A stretch of 64,000 bases of DNA from Saprospiraceae bacterium (GCA_031411275.1 JANOAU010000052.1:18524-82523); one strand, 5' to 3'; shown: positions 19,070 through 28,177, counted from the first letter of the stretch. Notes: generated by a model from the sequence alone, not told the origin. Program-made: numbers and translations.

Positions 19070-21616
19070 CTAAAAATCCATCCGCACCCTCAAATTTATC
19101 CGCCTTGAAGTCAGATAATTCGGTATAGCAAATTGCGTGTTATATATCGTTTTAATCCACGTTTTCGACGCTTCATTGGCAACTGCCATGAGGTTAAAAA
19201 CCTCCAAACTTGCCCATGTTTGGCGTGTAAAACGAAGGAAATGATTCGGTTTTCTGCTTTTCCAAGCATCATTGTACATTAAAACAGAGAAGCCTAAATC
19301 CACACGGTGATAGGGTTTTAAACGGTAAGTATTCCGAAATTCGATGTTATTACCCGGAAAACCAAAAGGTAAACCTGTACCTATTGTCGTATTTAAATGC
19401 ATCTTAAAATTCTTGTTTTTTGGCAAATAGTCTTGAAAAAAGACAGAAAGTGTCAGAAATTGGTCTGTCGGGCGTGGCACATCTGCTATGGGTTTGCCTG
19501 TTGGGTCGCCCACATCTCTGGCGCGATGCTGAACACCATCGAGCGATTCACGCGCCCGTAGGAGCGACAAGTTTATCCAAGACTCTGCACCTGGGACAAA
19601 TTCACCATTGAGGCGCATATCCCAACCTGTGATATAACCCGTCGCATTATTTTCTCCTGCATATCTAATCCTTACATTATCAATGTCATACGTTACTAAA
19701 TCCCATAATTTTTTATAATAAATTTCAGTAATCAAACGGAAAGGAATGCGGCGTAAATTGCCTATTGAAAAATCATAAGTCAAACCTGCTACAACTTGCG
19801 CTGATTTTTGAGCTAAAACGTCTTGATTGACGATGCCGTTTGGACGACGTAATTCACGATAAAAAGGCGGTTGATAATAGAAGCCACCCGACAAGCGAAA
19901 AGACACGTCTTTTTCCCAATTCAAAGGCTTGTAAGCCATTTGCAAACGAGGTGTGACGAATGCCTCTTTGTTCAAATCCCAATAAGCAGCACGAACGCCC
20001 AAAGTCGCTTGAAATTCACCAACCGAGTCTTTGCGCCACGTCAATGTATTTTGAACAAAAGAAGTGAAACGATTGGAAGTCAATGCGTTCTGTGTTTTAT
20101 ACACATTTTTAACCACCAGTTTTGTGGTGTCGAAAGGCAGCGAATACAAGGCTGAATCGAGGCGTTCCCACTCATTTATTTTGTCTTCAATCTGTTCTGA
20201 TTGAAATTTAACGCCCCATTGTAGAAAATTTGTCGCTGTTACTTTTTGATTTTTAGGGGATAATTGTACTTCATAACCGCCTTTATGTTCTATGTTAGTC
20301 ACAGCCCCCCAAAGGGTATTTCTGACGAATTGGTGCTGTGTACCAGTGCCTAAAGTGGAAACGATATCGCCTGCATTATCTTTGTTTGGATTAGTTTCGA
20401 TTTCACCAATCAAGTAATCGCCGATGATGTCAATGCCTTCAACTTCGCGGGTTTGGAAGCGAGATGCAAGGAATTTTAAGAAAAAAGGGTTCTTTTTGCG
20501 GTCTGGTAAATAGGTCAACGAAACGCCCGCCATACCATTAGAAAATTGGTCGCGCTCCTGTCCTTGAAAAGCTGTTCGCACACCCAAAGTAAAATTAATC
20601 AAGCCAAAAGCCGATTCACGCGAGCGCGGCACGAAGTTATAAACGCTTTCATTGTAGTTCGCCAAAACGCCAATTTGCCATGAGCGATTTAAATCATAGG
20701 TCAAATACGCTTGAATATCGGCAAAATTTGGCACGTATTCACCTTTCAAATCCAATGAACCCAACAACAGTCTTGTCGTTTTATAACGCGCACCCACCAA
20801 ATAGCGGAAGCGACGATACCCCTCAGTACCACCGAGTTTTTTTGACCCTTCGACATGGGCAGAACCACCTAAAAAACTGGCTGCGGCAGACATCCGAAAC
20901 GAATCGGGACGCTTATATTTGATGTCCAAAACGGACGACATTTTGTCGCCATATCGGGCTTCAAAACCACCTGATGAAAAGGACAAATCACGCATCAAAT
21001 CGGCATTCGCAAAGGTCAAACCTTCTTGTTGCCCTGCCCGAATGAGTTGTGGACGATATATTTCAAAATCGTTGACATAAACCAAATTTTCGTCGTAATT
21101 GCCGCCTCGTACTTGGTATTGCGACGTTAATTCACCACCTGAACCTGAATTTGTACCCAAAGCAATGTGCGGCAAAACGGATTCGAGGTTGCCTGTTGTG
21201 GTTGGCAACATTTTGAAATCTTTTACATCTTCGCGCACCATGCCATTGTCTTTCAAACGGCTGTCTTTGATGATAACTTCTTGTTGAGAAGTTGAGGCAA
21301 CAAGTACAACATCAATGCGGCGTTGGGTTTCGTCACGCATCGCTTCAAGGTTAATTTTGGCTTCTTTGTAACCGACTCGACTGATTTGTAGTGTTACAGC
21401 ACGTCCTGCGGGTACTTTTATAGAGTATTCCCCTGCGGCATTGGTTTCGACATTGCGGTTTGTTTCTTTGATGTAAACAATGGCAAATTCAATCGGTGTA
21501 TTGGTGCCCCCCTCAGTAACAGTACCAAAAATGGTCGCTGAATTTTGAGCATTTATCAAAGGGCAAAAGGCAAAAAGTAATAGGCAAAAAGCAATAAGCG
21601 TTAATATTTTTTTCAT
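19070..21616 (-). CDS. TonB-dependent receptor-like outer membrane protein with an N-terminal carboxypeptidase-regulatory-like domain
   Basis: Signal peptide, then GTVTEGGTNTPIEFAIVYIKETN...YSIKVPAG (CarbopepD_reg), a plug-like segment, a long beta-rich barrel and a C-terminal aromatic residue (RMDF). Confidence 0.7.
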   Translation of the reverse strand: MKKILTLIAFCLLLFAFCPLINAQNSATIFGTVTEGGTNTPIEFAIVYIKETNRNVETNAAGEYSIKVPAGRAVTLQISRVGYKEAKINLEAMRDETQRRIDVVLVASTSQQEVIIKDSRLKDNGMVREDVKDFKMLPTTTGNLESVLPHIALGTNSGSGGELTSQYQVRGGNYDENLVYVNDFEIYRPQLIRAGQQEGLTFANADLMRDLSFSSGGFEARYGDKMSSVLDIKYKRPDSFRMSAAASFLGGSAHVEGSKKLGGTEGYRRFRYLVGARYKTTRLLLGSLDLKGEYVPNFADIQAYLTYDLNRSWQIGVLANYNESVYNFVPRSRESAFGLINFTLGVRTAFQGQERDQFSNGMAGVSLTYLPDRKKNPFFLKFLASRFQTREVEGIDIIGDYLIGEIETNPNKDNAGDIVSTLGTGTQHQFVRNTLWGAVTNIEHKGGYEVQLSPKNQKVTATNFLQWGVKFQSEQIEDKINEWERLDSALYSLPFDTTKLVVKNVYKTQNALTSNRFTSFVQNTLTWRKDSVGEFQATLGVRAAYWDLNKEAFVTPRLQMAYKPLNWEKDVSFRLSGGFYYQPPFYRELRRPNGIVNQDVLAQKSAQVVAGLTYDFSIGNLRRIPFRLITEIYYKKLWDLVTYDIDNVRIRYAGENNATGYITGWDMRLNGEFVPGAESWINLSLLRARESLDGVQHRARDVGDPTGKPIADVPRPTDQFLTLSVFFQDYLPKNKNFKMHLNTTIGTGLPFGFPGNNIEFRNTYRLKPYHRVDLGFSVLMYNDAWKSRKPNHFLRFTRQTWASLEVFNLMAVANEASKTWIKTIYNTQFAIPNYLTSRRINLRVRMDF

Positions 21617-21735
21617 AAAATATTGATAGTCATATTTTTATAAAAGGATTATTTTTGTTTTTCACAAGAACGTGTAAAACTACGAAAAAGATATATAGTT
21701 GAGTTGTTATTACGTTTGATGAGATTGTCAGTCTT

Positions 21736-22902
21736 TCAATCAAGTAATGGCAATTCTTTTTCTAAAAAAACATTTAAAGGGCAAATTCTAAGACCATCGG
21801 CTCTGTAAAAACACTCGCCAGAGGGCGTTATGACATATTGAAATTGCGGCTGCAAATCAGCAATAGATTGATAAAACCCTTTCGTAATAGTAGGCGAAGC
21901 GGACACTTTAATTTCGATACACACCATTTTTCCATTGGGCGTTATCATTATTAAGTCAACTTCTGCACCATTTTGAGTGCGATAGTAATAAAAATCTGTA
22001 AATTCAGGTGCTTCTCTTATAATTTGTTCGACGACATAACTTTCCCACGAAGAACCGATTGCAGGGTTGCCACGTAATTGTTCATGGCTAAATATACGTA
22101 ATAAATAATGAAGTAAACCTGTATCTCGTATGTATAATTTTGGTGATTTGACTAAACGTTTACCTATGTTTTTGAAATAAGGTGGCAAACGCCGTATCAA
22201 AAAACTACCTTCTAAAAGTTCTAAATATTTATTGACTGTAGGGTGTGTGAAGCCTAATGAATTGGCTAATGCGCTGGTATTCAACTGACTACCATGCACA
22301 TGAGCGAGCATGGAAAGCATGTTGCGAACTAAATTGGCTGAAACCGTAAAACCTAAACGAGCTAAGTCTCTGTGTATAAAAGTTTCGACAAAATCATCTA
22401 ACCATTTTCGGCTGATAAACTTCTCTGTTGCCAACAACGCATTGGGAAAACCGCCTCGTAACCAATGTTCTTCTTGCGAATAAATGGTTTTTATTTCAGA
22501 ATAAGAGAAAGGGCTTAACTCATGGTAGGCAATGCGTCCTGCCAAAGTCTCAGTGTTCAGTTTTACAATGTGCGGCGAAGCAGAACCCAACAAAATAAAT
22601 CGTGCTGGGTCACGCTTTTGGTCAGTCAATGCCCGTAACAAAGCAAATAGTTCTGGACGAATTTGAATTTCATCAATGACGACACATTTTTCTTCATGAC
22701 CTATGAGATAGGTTTGCGCGTCCGTTAGTTTAAACCAGTCTTCGGTCAATTCTAAATCAAGGTAAATCGTTGGTTTGGTTATTTGTGTTTGCAGAAAACG
22801 CGCCAGTGTAGTTTTACCGACTTGACGCGAACCAATCAAGCCGATAATGGGCGACCAGTTCAAATCCCTCAGTATTTTGGTAGTAATTAGACGTTCTATC
22901 AT
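21736..22902 (-). CDS. AAA+ ATPase with a DUF4143 C-terminal domain
   Basis: Walker A GSRQVGKTT and Walker B VVIDEIQ, then a wHTH-like middle region and a restriction-endonuclease-like tail (EVDLIM ... CIEIK), typical of the DUF4143 family. Confidence 0.75.
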   Translation of the reverse strand: MIERLITTKILRDLNWSPIIGLIGSRQVGKTTLARFLQTQITKPTIYLDLELTEDWFKLTDAQTYLIGHEEKCVVIDEIQIRPELFALLRALTDQKRDPARFILLGSASPHIVKLNTETLAGRIAYHELSPFSYSEIKTIYSQEEHWLRGGFPNALLATEKFISRKWLDDFVETFIHRDLARLGFTVSANLVRNMLSMLAHVHGSQLNTSALANSLGFTHPTVNKYLELLEGSFLIRRLPPYFKNIGKRLVKSPKLYIRDTGLLHYLLRIFSHEQLRGNPAIGSSWESYVVEQIIREAPEFTDFYYYRTQNGAEVDLIMITPNGKMVCIEIKVSASPTITKGFYQSIADLQPQFQYVITPSGECFYRADGLRICPLNVFLEKELPLLD

Positions 22903-22915
22903 GGGTCAAAGATAG

Positions 22916-22966
22916 CCATTAACCAAGTAAATTGAAAATCAAATTTTCAATTTACTTGGTTAATGG
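22916..22966. promoter_or_regulatory. Perfect palindrome with 24-bp arms and a 3-nt spacer
   Basis: CCATTAACCAAGTAAATTGAAAAT caa ATTTTCAATTTACTTGGTTAATGG. It lies 14 bp upstream of the DUF4143 ATPase start codon, in a divergent intergenic region. Confidence 0.6.
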
Positions 22967-23057
22967 TTTTTGATAATATTATTTATAAAAAATATAAGGT
23001 ATTTTCTCTTATTTTAATTGATTCTTTAATAAAAATACATTTGGTTATTGAAAAAAC

Positions 23058-23065
23058 TACTTTTG
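23058..23065 (+). promoter_or_regulatory. Candidate Bacteroidota -7 box (TAnnTTTG)
   Basis: TACTTTTG lies 98 nt upstream of the ATG at 23163. Confidence 0.3.
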
Positions 23066-23162
23066 TTCCCGCCTCAGTATTTTTGGCTATTTTAGCTTTT
23101 TTATTTCAAAAAATAGACGATTTTATCAATAAACTTAACATTTTTAAACAAAAAGAAGCAAT

Positions 23163-24116
23163 ATGAAAAAAGTTTTATGGAGTTTTCTCACTTGTGCATG
23201 TATTGTCTTTCAAGTTCATGCACAAAAACAAAAAGTGATTTTAGATTGTGATTTAGGTGATGACATTGACGATGCTTATGCCTTGGCTTTGTTGCTGTCA
23301 AGTACAGATAAATTCGAGATTTTAGGTATCACAACCTGTTACGGACGGACGAATGACCGCGCAGAAATGGCTTGTAAAATGTTGTATGAAACAGGCAATG
23401 AAAAAATACCCGTGGCTATAGGCAGAAATACCTCGAATACAGATGAGCGCGCCAATTGGTATGCCGAGCAGTTTTATTGGTCAAAAGGTTTTAATAAAAT
23501 AAAGCCGATTGCTCAACCTGCTGCCGATTTTATCATCGAACAATTGCACAAATACCCCAACGAAATCATCCTTTTTTCGGTGGGTCCTGTTACCAATATG
23601 AGCGATATTGTGAAAAAAGATGCCAAAGCTTTGAGTTTGGCAAAACGCATTGTGGCGATGTATGGCTCATTTTATATTGGCTACAATGGCGCACCCACGA
23701 TTGACCCCGAGTGGAATGTCAAAGCGGATATTGAAGCGAGTAAGCAGTTTGTGAAATGCGAAGCCAATATCACGTATGTTGGATTAGATGTAACGGCTTT
23801 TGTAAAATGGAATAAAAATCACCGCGAAATCATTCTCAATCGTCAATCCCCTTTGACGAATATACTGACGGGGTTGACCACACTTTGGGGACACGACAAT
23901 ACGCCTACGCTATTTGATGCAGTGGCTATCGGTTTTGTTTTATATCCAGAGTTGTTTAAAACGGAAAAAGTAAGTGTCAATGTTGATGATAAAGGTTTTA
24001 CGCGAATAGATAGAACACAAAAACCGAATGCAGAAATTGCGGTTGGTATTAAAACTGACGCATTTTTAAAGCAACTTTTGAAGGTTTTGTTGCAGCAAAA
24101 TATGGAGAGGCATTGA
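23163..24116 (+). CDS. Inosine/uridine-preferring nucleoside hydrolase family protein, secreted
   Basis: Signal peptide, then the N-terminal Asp cluster ILDCDLGDDIDDAYALALLL characteristic of IUNH hydrolases. Confidence 0.75.
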   Translation: MKKVLWSFLTCACIVFQVHAQKQKVILDCDLGDDIDDAYALALLLSSTDKFEILGITTCYGRTNDRAEMACKMLYETGNEKIPVAIGRNTSNTDERANWYAEQFYWSKGFNKIKPIAQPAADFIIEQLHKYPNEIILFSVGPVTNMSDIVKKDAKALSLAKRIVAMYGSFYIGYNGAPTIDPEWNVKADIEASKQFVKCEANITYVGLDVTAFVKWNKNHREIILNRQSPLTNILTGLTTLWGHDNTPTLFDAVAIGFVLYPELFKTEKVSVNVDDKGFTRIDRTQKPNAEIAVGIKTDAFLKQLLKVLLQQNMERH

Positions 24117-24149
24117 GTACCTTTATACTGAGGGGGGTAAATTATCATT

Positions 24150-25169
24150 TTACTTCGCCATCAAGTAATTTCTTTTTGTATTGAGGTGTATCAAAAAAGC
24201 TTTTTTTTCAGGCTTTCCAAGAAAAGAATGATTGATAAGGGTTTGAACAAAAACTTGTTTTTGGCAAAAAGGCAGCAGTATTTTCTCTATTCTCTTATCG
24301 GACAAACCAATACGTCGCCCAAATTCAGTAAAGTCTAAAGTAGAAGGATGTCCACTTTTTCTATGCGTAAAAGATTTAAAATCATCTTCAAACAAGCCTT
24401 TTGATAAAGCAAAATCCGTATCAGCTACATGCAATTTGGTATCGAGTAAATCATAAGCAGGCGATAGTAGATAGTCTCCTGAACTGCTTTCTAACAAAGA
24501 AAAGTTTTTAAGATGAGCATCGCCATTTGAAAACAAATAATTGAACACAACCAATCGAAAATATTTTTCTATTTCTATTTTCCATGCAGGAACATACTGT
24601 TGAAAAAGCAAACCTAATGCTTCATAACTGAAAGTATATTTAAAATCTGCGCCAGCATTGTCTTTGCTTTTTCCTGCAAGTGTAGCAAAGTCTTCTTTAC
24701 CCCATTTTGTGTTATCTTTTTTGACATCAAAACGCTTTGTAATGTAGGCAGAAGAACCATCTTTAAAAAATATCAAAGCATTTTCGGCTGTTGGGATATT
24801 GTAAACTTGCCGTGCTATTTGCATGGTCAAATGTTCATTAGCAGGAACCATTTTGGGGTTTTTGACATCGCGTGGTATCGGTTTCAGAATATAAGTGCCT
24901 TGTTCGCCCGAATGTGTCAATCTAAGTGTGTTTTTGTCTAACGTAAAACTTAATTTCTCTTGTACGCCTGAAATGGAAATACGTTGGCGATTTTCCATAA
25001 ATTGTTCTGCAATGGCTTCATCTTCTAAGGGCGGGTCGTAAGGTAAGAAGGCATTTATCTTTTTTCCTTCAAACATACGACGTAAGCAAAGTGGGCTATA
25101 AGCGGTGTAGCCTTCGGCTAATGTGCCTGGACATACTTCTATTTTGAGTATATTTTTAGTCATTTTCAA
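24150..25169 (-). CDS. HipA-family Ser/Thr kinase toxin lacking the N-terminal subdomain (HipT-like)
   Basis: ISGVQEKLS, FNYLFSNGDAHLKNFSLL (catalytic loop) and SPAYDLLDT are HipA C-terminal kinase motifs. It overlaps the upstream small gene by 14 nt. Confidence 0.8.
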   Translation of the reverse strand: MKMTKNILKIEVCPGTLAEGYTAYSPLCLRRMFEGKKINAFLPYDPPLEDEAIAEQFMENRQRISISGVQEKLSFTLDKNTLRLTHSGEQGTYILKPIPRDVKNPKMVPANEHLTMQIARQVYNIPTAENALIFFKDGSSAYITKRFDVKKDNTKWGKEDFATLAGKSKDNAGADFKYTFSYEALGLLFQQYVPAWKIEIEKYFRLVVFNYLFSNGDAHLKNFSLLESSSGDYLLSPAYDLLDTKLHVADTDFALSKGLFEDDFKSFTHRKSGHPSTLDFTEFGRRIGLSDKRIEKILLPFCQKQVFVQTLINHSFLGKPEKKAFLIHLNTKRNYLMAK

Positions 25170-25485
25170 TAGATTTTACTGTTATAGCACCAATCGTATC
25201 GAATTCTGCTGTTGCAATTAATAAACCAAAACCATCATTTTCATCAATCTGAAACTGCCGACATTGTAATTCTTTATTGACTCCTTCGCTCAACATATTA
25301 TAGAAAAATGGAAATAAATAATTATTGTGATATTCTTGTTGAGTTTTAGGCATCGTTAAACTAATGGCTGGTTTTTGTTTATCTTCAAACCAATCATCAT
25401 TATAACGAAATATATAACTTTGTCGGTTTTCTTCAATAAGTATCCCTGCAAAGTCTTTATTTCTGAAAATAGCTGCTTTTCTCAT
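25156..25485 (-). CDS. HipA N-terminal-subdomain-like protein (HipS-like)
   Basis: The 109-aa protein (FAGILIEENRQSYIFRYNDDWFED ... ISLTMPKT ... FPFFYNMLSEG) matches the couple_hipA N-terminal domain encoded as a separate ORF. Confidence 0.7.
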   Translation of the reverse strand: MRKAAIFRNKDFAGILIEENRQSYIFRYNDDWFEDKQKPAISLTMPKTQQEYHNNYLFPFFYNMLSEGVNKELQCRQFQIDENDGFGLLIATAEFDTIGAITVKSIEND

Positions 25486-25487
25486 CT

Positions 25488-25700
25488 TTATTTATTCATT
25501 TTTTTAATACTCATATCTAACTCTAAACCCAAAACGTCTAATAGTTTTTGTATAACTTCCCATGAAGGATTATTTTCTCCTCGTTCCAATTTGTAGAGTG
25601 TATTTTTACTCACCTCTGCCAATTCTGAAAGGTGGGCTTGTGTGATACTCAATTCTTTGCGTCTATTTTTTATACTTTTACCCAATTCTAAAATACTCAT
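25488..25700 (-). CDS. XRE-family HTH protein (HipB-like)
   Basis: LSITQAHLSELAEVSKNTLYKLERGENNPS is a Cro/C1 HTH. It is the first gene of the three-gene operon. Confidence 0.8.
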   Translation of the reverse strand: MSILELGKSIKNRRKELSITQAHLSELAEVSKNTLYKLERGENNPSWEVIQKLLDVLGLELDMSIKKMNK

Positions 25701-25837
25701 TATATTGTGATTTTGTGCAAAAATAATCGAATGATTTGATATTTTAAAATAAAAATCACATTATATTGCGATAATTATATTCTTAAATTGAGATAAACTT
25801 ATAGCCTTATTTCAACCCAACGCCACAAACTTTGTTG

Positions 25838-25845
25838 TAGTTTTG
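25838..25845 (+). promoter_or_regulatory. Candidate -7 box (TAnnTTTG)
   Basis: TAGTTTTG lies 66 nt upstream of the hscA-like ATG. I found no clear -33 TTTG. Confidence 0.3.
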
Positions 25846-25910
25846 CTCCGTATTTTATGGATTTATCTAACAATCCTATAATTTTAAATCTTAAAATCTT
25901 AAATTAGACT

Positions 25911-27776
25911 ATGGCTTTGATAAACATAAACCTTAAATCGGGGACGGTTGAAAAACAAAACGACATCATCGTTGGCATTGACTTAGGCACCACAAATTCA
26001 TTGGTGGCATATATAAACGATGGGCAACCTGTGTGTGTGACTGATGCAACGGGTAAAAATACGCTTGTGCCTTCTGTTTTACACTTTAATACTGAGGGGG
26101 GTGTTTTGGTAGGTGATGCGGCAAAAGAAAAACTCATAACTGACCCTCAAAACACGATTTACTCTGTCAAACGTTTGATGGGTAAGTCGTATAAAGACGT
26201 GTCGGGCTTTGAAAATTATTTTGGTTACACCATTATTGATGCACCAGATGAGGAATCTTTGGTCAAAATTAGGGTAGGTGACAAGTTTTATACGCCTGTT
26301 GAGTTATCGAGTTTTATTTTGAAAGAACTCAAAACACGTATCGAAACGACTCTCGGTCAACCGATTGCAAAAGCTGTCATCACCGTTCCTGCGTATTTCA
26401 ATGATTCTCAAAGGCAAGCGACGCGCGATGCAGGGAAATTGGCAGGTTTGGACGTGTTGCGTATTGTCAACGAACCGACGGCGGCGGCTTTGGCTTATGG
26501 CTTGAATACTGAGAGGGGTGAAACGGTGGCGGTTTTTGACCTCGGCGGCGGTACTTTCGATATTTCTATTCTACAAATTCAAGATGGTATTTTTGAAGTC
26601 TTGTCAACGCATGGCGACACATTTCTGGGTGGCGATGACTTTGATAGAGCCATTATTGATTTTTGGTTGCAACAAAATAATATCTCTAATGAATTGATTT
26701 TCAAGGATAAAGAGTTTGGTCAAGCCATTCGATTAGGTGCTGAAAAGGCAAAAAAGGCACTGTCTGATGAATTAGGAATTAGGAATTACGAATTACGAAT
26801 TGGGCAATATATGTTTCAGATTACGAAAGCGGAATTTGAGAGGCTGATTTCACCGCTTGTTGAGCGCACGATTGACTCTTGCAAAAAGGCTTTGGCAGAT
26901 GCGAAATTACAAACGGCTGATATTCAAGCTGTTGTGATGGTCGGCGGTTCGACACGCGTGCCGCTTGTGAAGGAACGAGTGGCTGCTTTTTTTGGCAAAC
27001 CTGTTTATGACAATATCAATCCTGATGAAGTCGTTGCGCTGGGTGCGGCTATTCAAGCTGATGTATTGGCGGGTAATCAACGTGATGTTTTATTGATTGA
27101 CATTACGCCTTTGTCCTTAGGTATAGAAACGGTAGGTGGTTTAATGGATGTCATTATTGCTCGAAATTCTAAAATTCCAACAAAGGCAGCACGGCAATAT
27201 ACGACGAGTGTGGATGGTCAAAAAAACTTAAAAGTGGCTGTATATCAAGGTGAAAGGGATTTGGTGCAGCACAATCGCAAATTAGGTGAGTTTGTACTGA
27301 GGGGTATCCCGCCGATGCCTGCGGGTTTGCCAAAAATTGATATTGCATTTTATCTCGATGCCGATGGCATTTTGAGGGTAAAAGCAAAGGAATTGCGCTC
27401 AAATGTCGAACAAGAGGTCACGATGAAGTCAAGTTATGGGTTGTCGGAGGAGGAAATGGCGTTGATGCTCATTGATTCTATCCAAAATGCTGAATCGGAT
27501 ATGAAAGCACGGGCGTTGTTGGAAGCGCGCAATGAAGCGAATAATGTCATTTTGGCGGCTGAAAAATTTATTGTTCAAAACGCTGCCATCTTGTCCGAAG
27601 AAGAAATTGAAGAAACAAAATCATTGACAAAACAACTTCGAAAAACGGTTATTGGCGACGACAAAGACGCTATCAATGCTGCAATGGCAGACCTGAATGT
27701 CTATACCGAACCGCTGGCGCACCGAGCTTTGGATGCGAATATTATGACGGCTATGAAGGGTAAGCAGGTTGTTTGA
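25911..27776 (+). CDS. hscA: Hsp70-family chaperone, HscA-like
   Basis: VGIDLGTTNSLVA, DLGGGTFDIS and VGGSTRVP are Hsp70 ATPase motifs. LRGIPPMPAG lies in the substrate-binding domain. At 621 aa with no EEVD tail, it fits HscA better than DnaK. Confidence 0.75.
   Translation: MALININLKSGTVEKQNDIIVGIDLGTTNSLVAYINDGQPVCVTDATGKNTLVPSVLHFNTEGGVLVGDAAKEKLITDPQNTIYSVKRLMGKSYKDVSGFENYFGYTIIDAPDEESLVKIRVGDKFYTPVELSSFILKELKTRIETTLGQPIAKAVITVPAYFNDSQRQATRDAGKLAGLDVLRIVNEPTAAALAYGLNTERGETVAVFDLGGGTFDISILQIQDGIFEVLSTHGDTFLGGDDFDRAIIDFWLQQNNISNELIFKDKEFGQAIRLGAEKAKKALSDELGIRNYELRIGQYMFQITKAEFERLISPLVERTIDSCKKALADAKLQTADIQAVVMVGGSTRVPLVKERVAAFFGKPVYDNINPDEVVALGAAIQADVLAGNQRDVLLIDITPLSLGIETVGGLMDVIIARNSKIPTKAARQYTTSVDGQKNLKVAVYQGERDLVQHNRKLGEFVLRGIPPMPAGLPKIDIAFYLDADGILRVKAKELRSNVEQEVTMKSSYGLSEEEMALMLIDSIQNAESDMKARALLEARNEANNVILAAEKFIVQNAAILSEEEIEETKSLTKQLRKTVIGDDKDAINAAMADLNVYTEPLAHRALDANIMTAMKGKQVV
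26769..26803. repeat. Five tandem heptamers (GAATTAG x2, GAATTAC x2, GAATTGG) inside the hscA coding sequence
   Basis: Read directly from the sequence. They encode ELGIRNYELRIG. The same AGGAATT word forms the intergenic array at 38360-38401. Confidence 0.9.
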
Positions 27777-27931
27777 TTTTTTTTGGCATGCAGACTTGGC
27801 ATAATTGCTTGCTTTTAGCTGTTTTTTTCTTAAATGGTAGTTTATGATACTACATTAACCCTATAATTTATTTCGCTTATGTTTCCCTTTTTGATATGGA
27901 AAGGTTTATTTTTGCTAAAAATTAAATTAAA

Positions 27932-28144
27932 ATGAGACTTACTATTAATGTTGAAGACAGTAGAGTTAACTTTCTAATTGAGTTACTCAAAAGCCTTTCG
28001 TTTGTAACAATTGAAACACAAGGAGAAGAAATGTCTGAAGAAGAAAAAAAATTCCTCGAATATCGTCTTGCTCATCATGAAGCGAATCGAGATAAGGCAA
28101 TTCTTTGGGATGACTTGAAAAAGCAATTAGAGCATAGCTTGTAG
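27932..28144 (+). CDS. Putative addiction-module antitoxin component
   Basis: A 70-aa acidic protein with C-terminal EYRLAHHEANRDKAILWDDLKKQL, like the 'putative addiction module component' family that pairs with ParE/RelE toxins. It lies 33 nt upstream of the toxin gene. Confidence 0.6.
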   Translation: MRLTINVEDSRVNFLIELLKSLSFVTIETQGEEMSEEEKKFLEYRLAHHEANRDKAILWDDLKKQLEHSL

Positions 28145-28177
28145 CGAACTTACTAAAAAATATTTATAACACGCACT

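Noticed and set aside
22963-23166. 67-aa ORF upstream of the nucleoside hydrolase gene
   Set aside because: It is AT-rich and low-complexity (IIYKKYKVFSLILIDSLIK), it lies over the likely promoter and palindrome region, and I recognise no family. It is probably non-coding.
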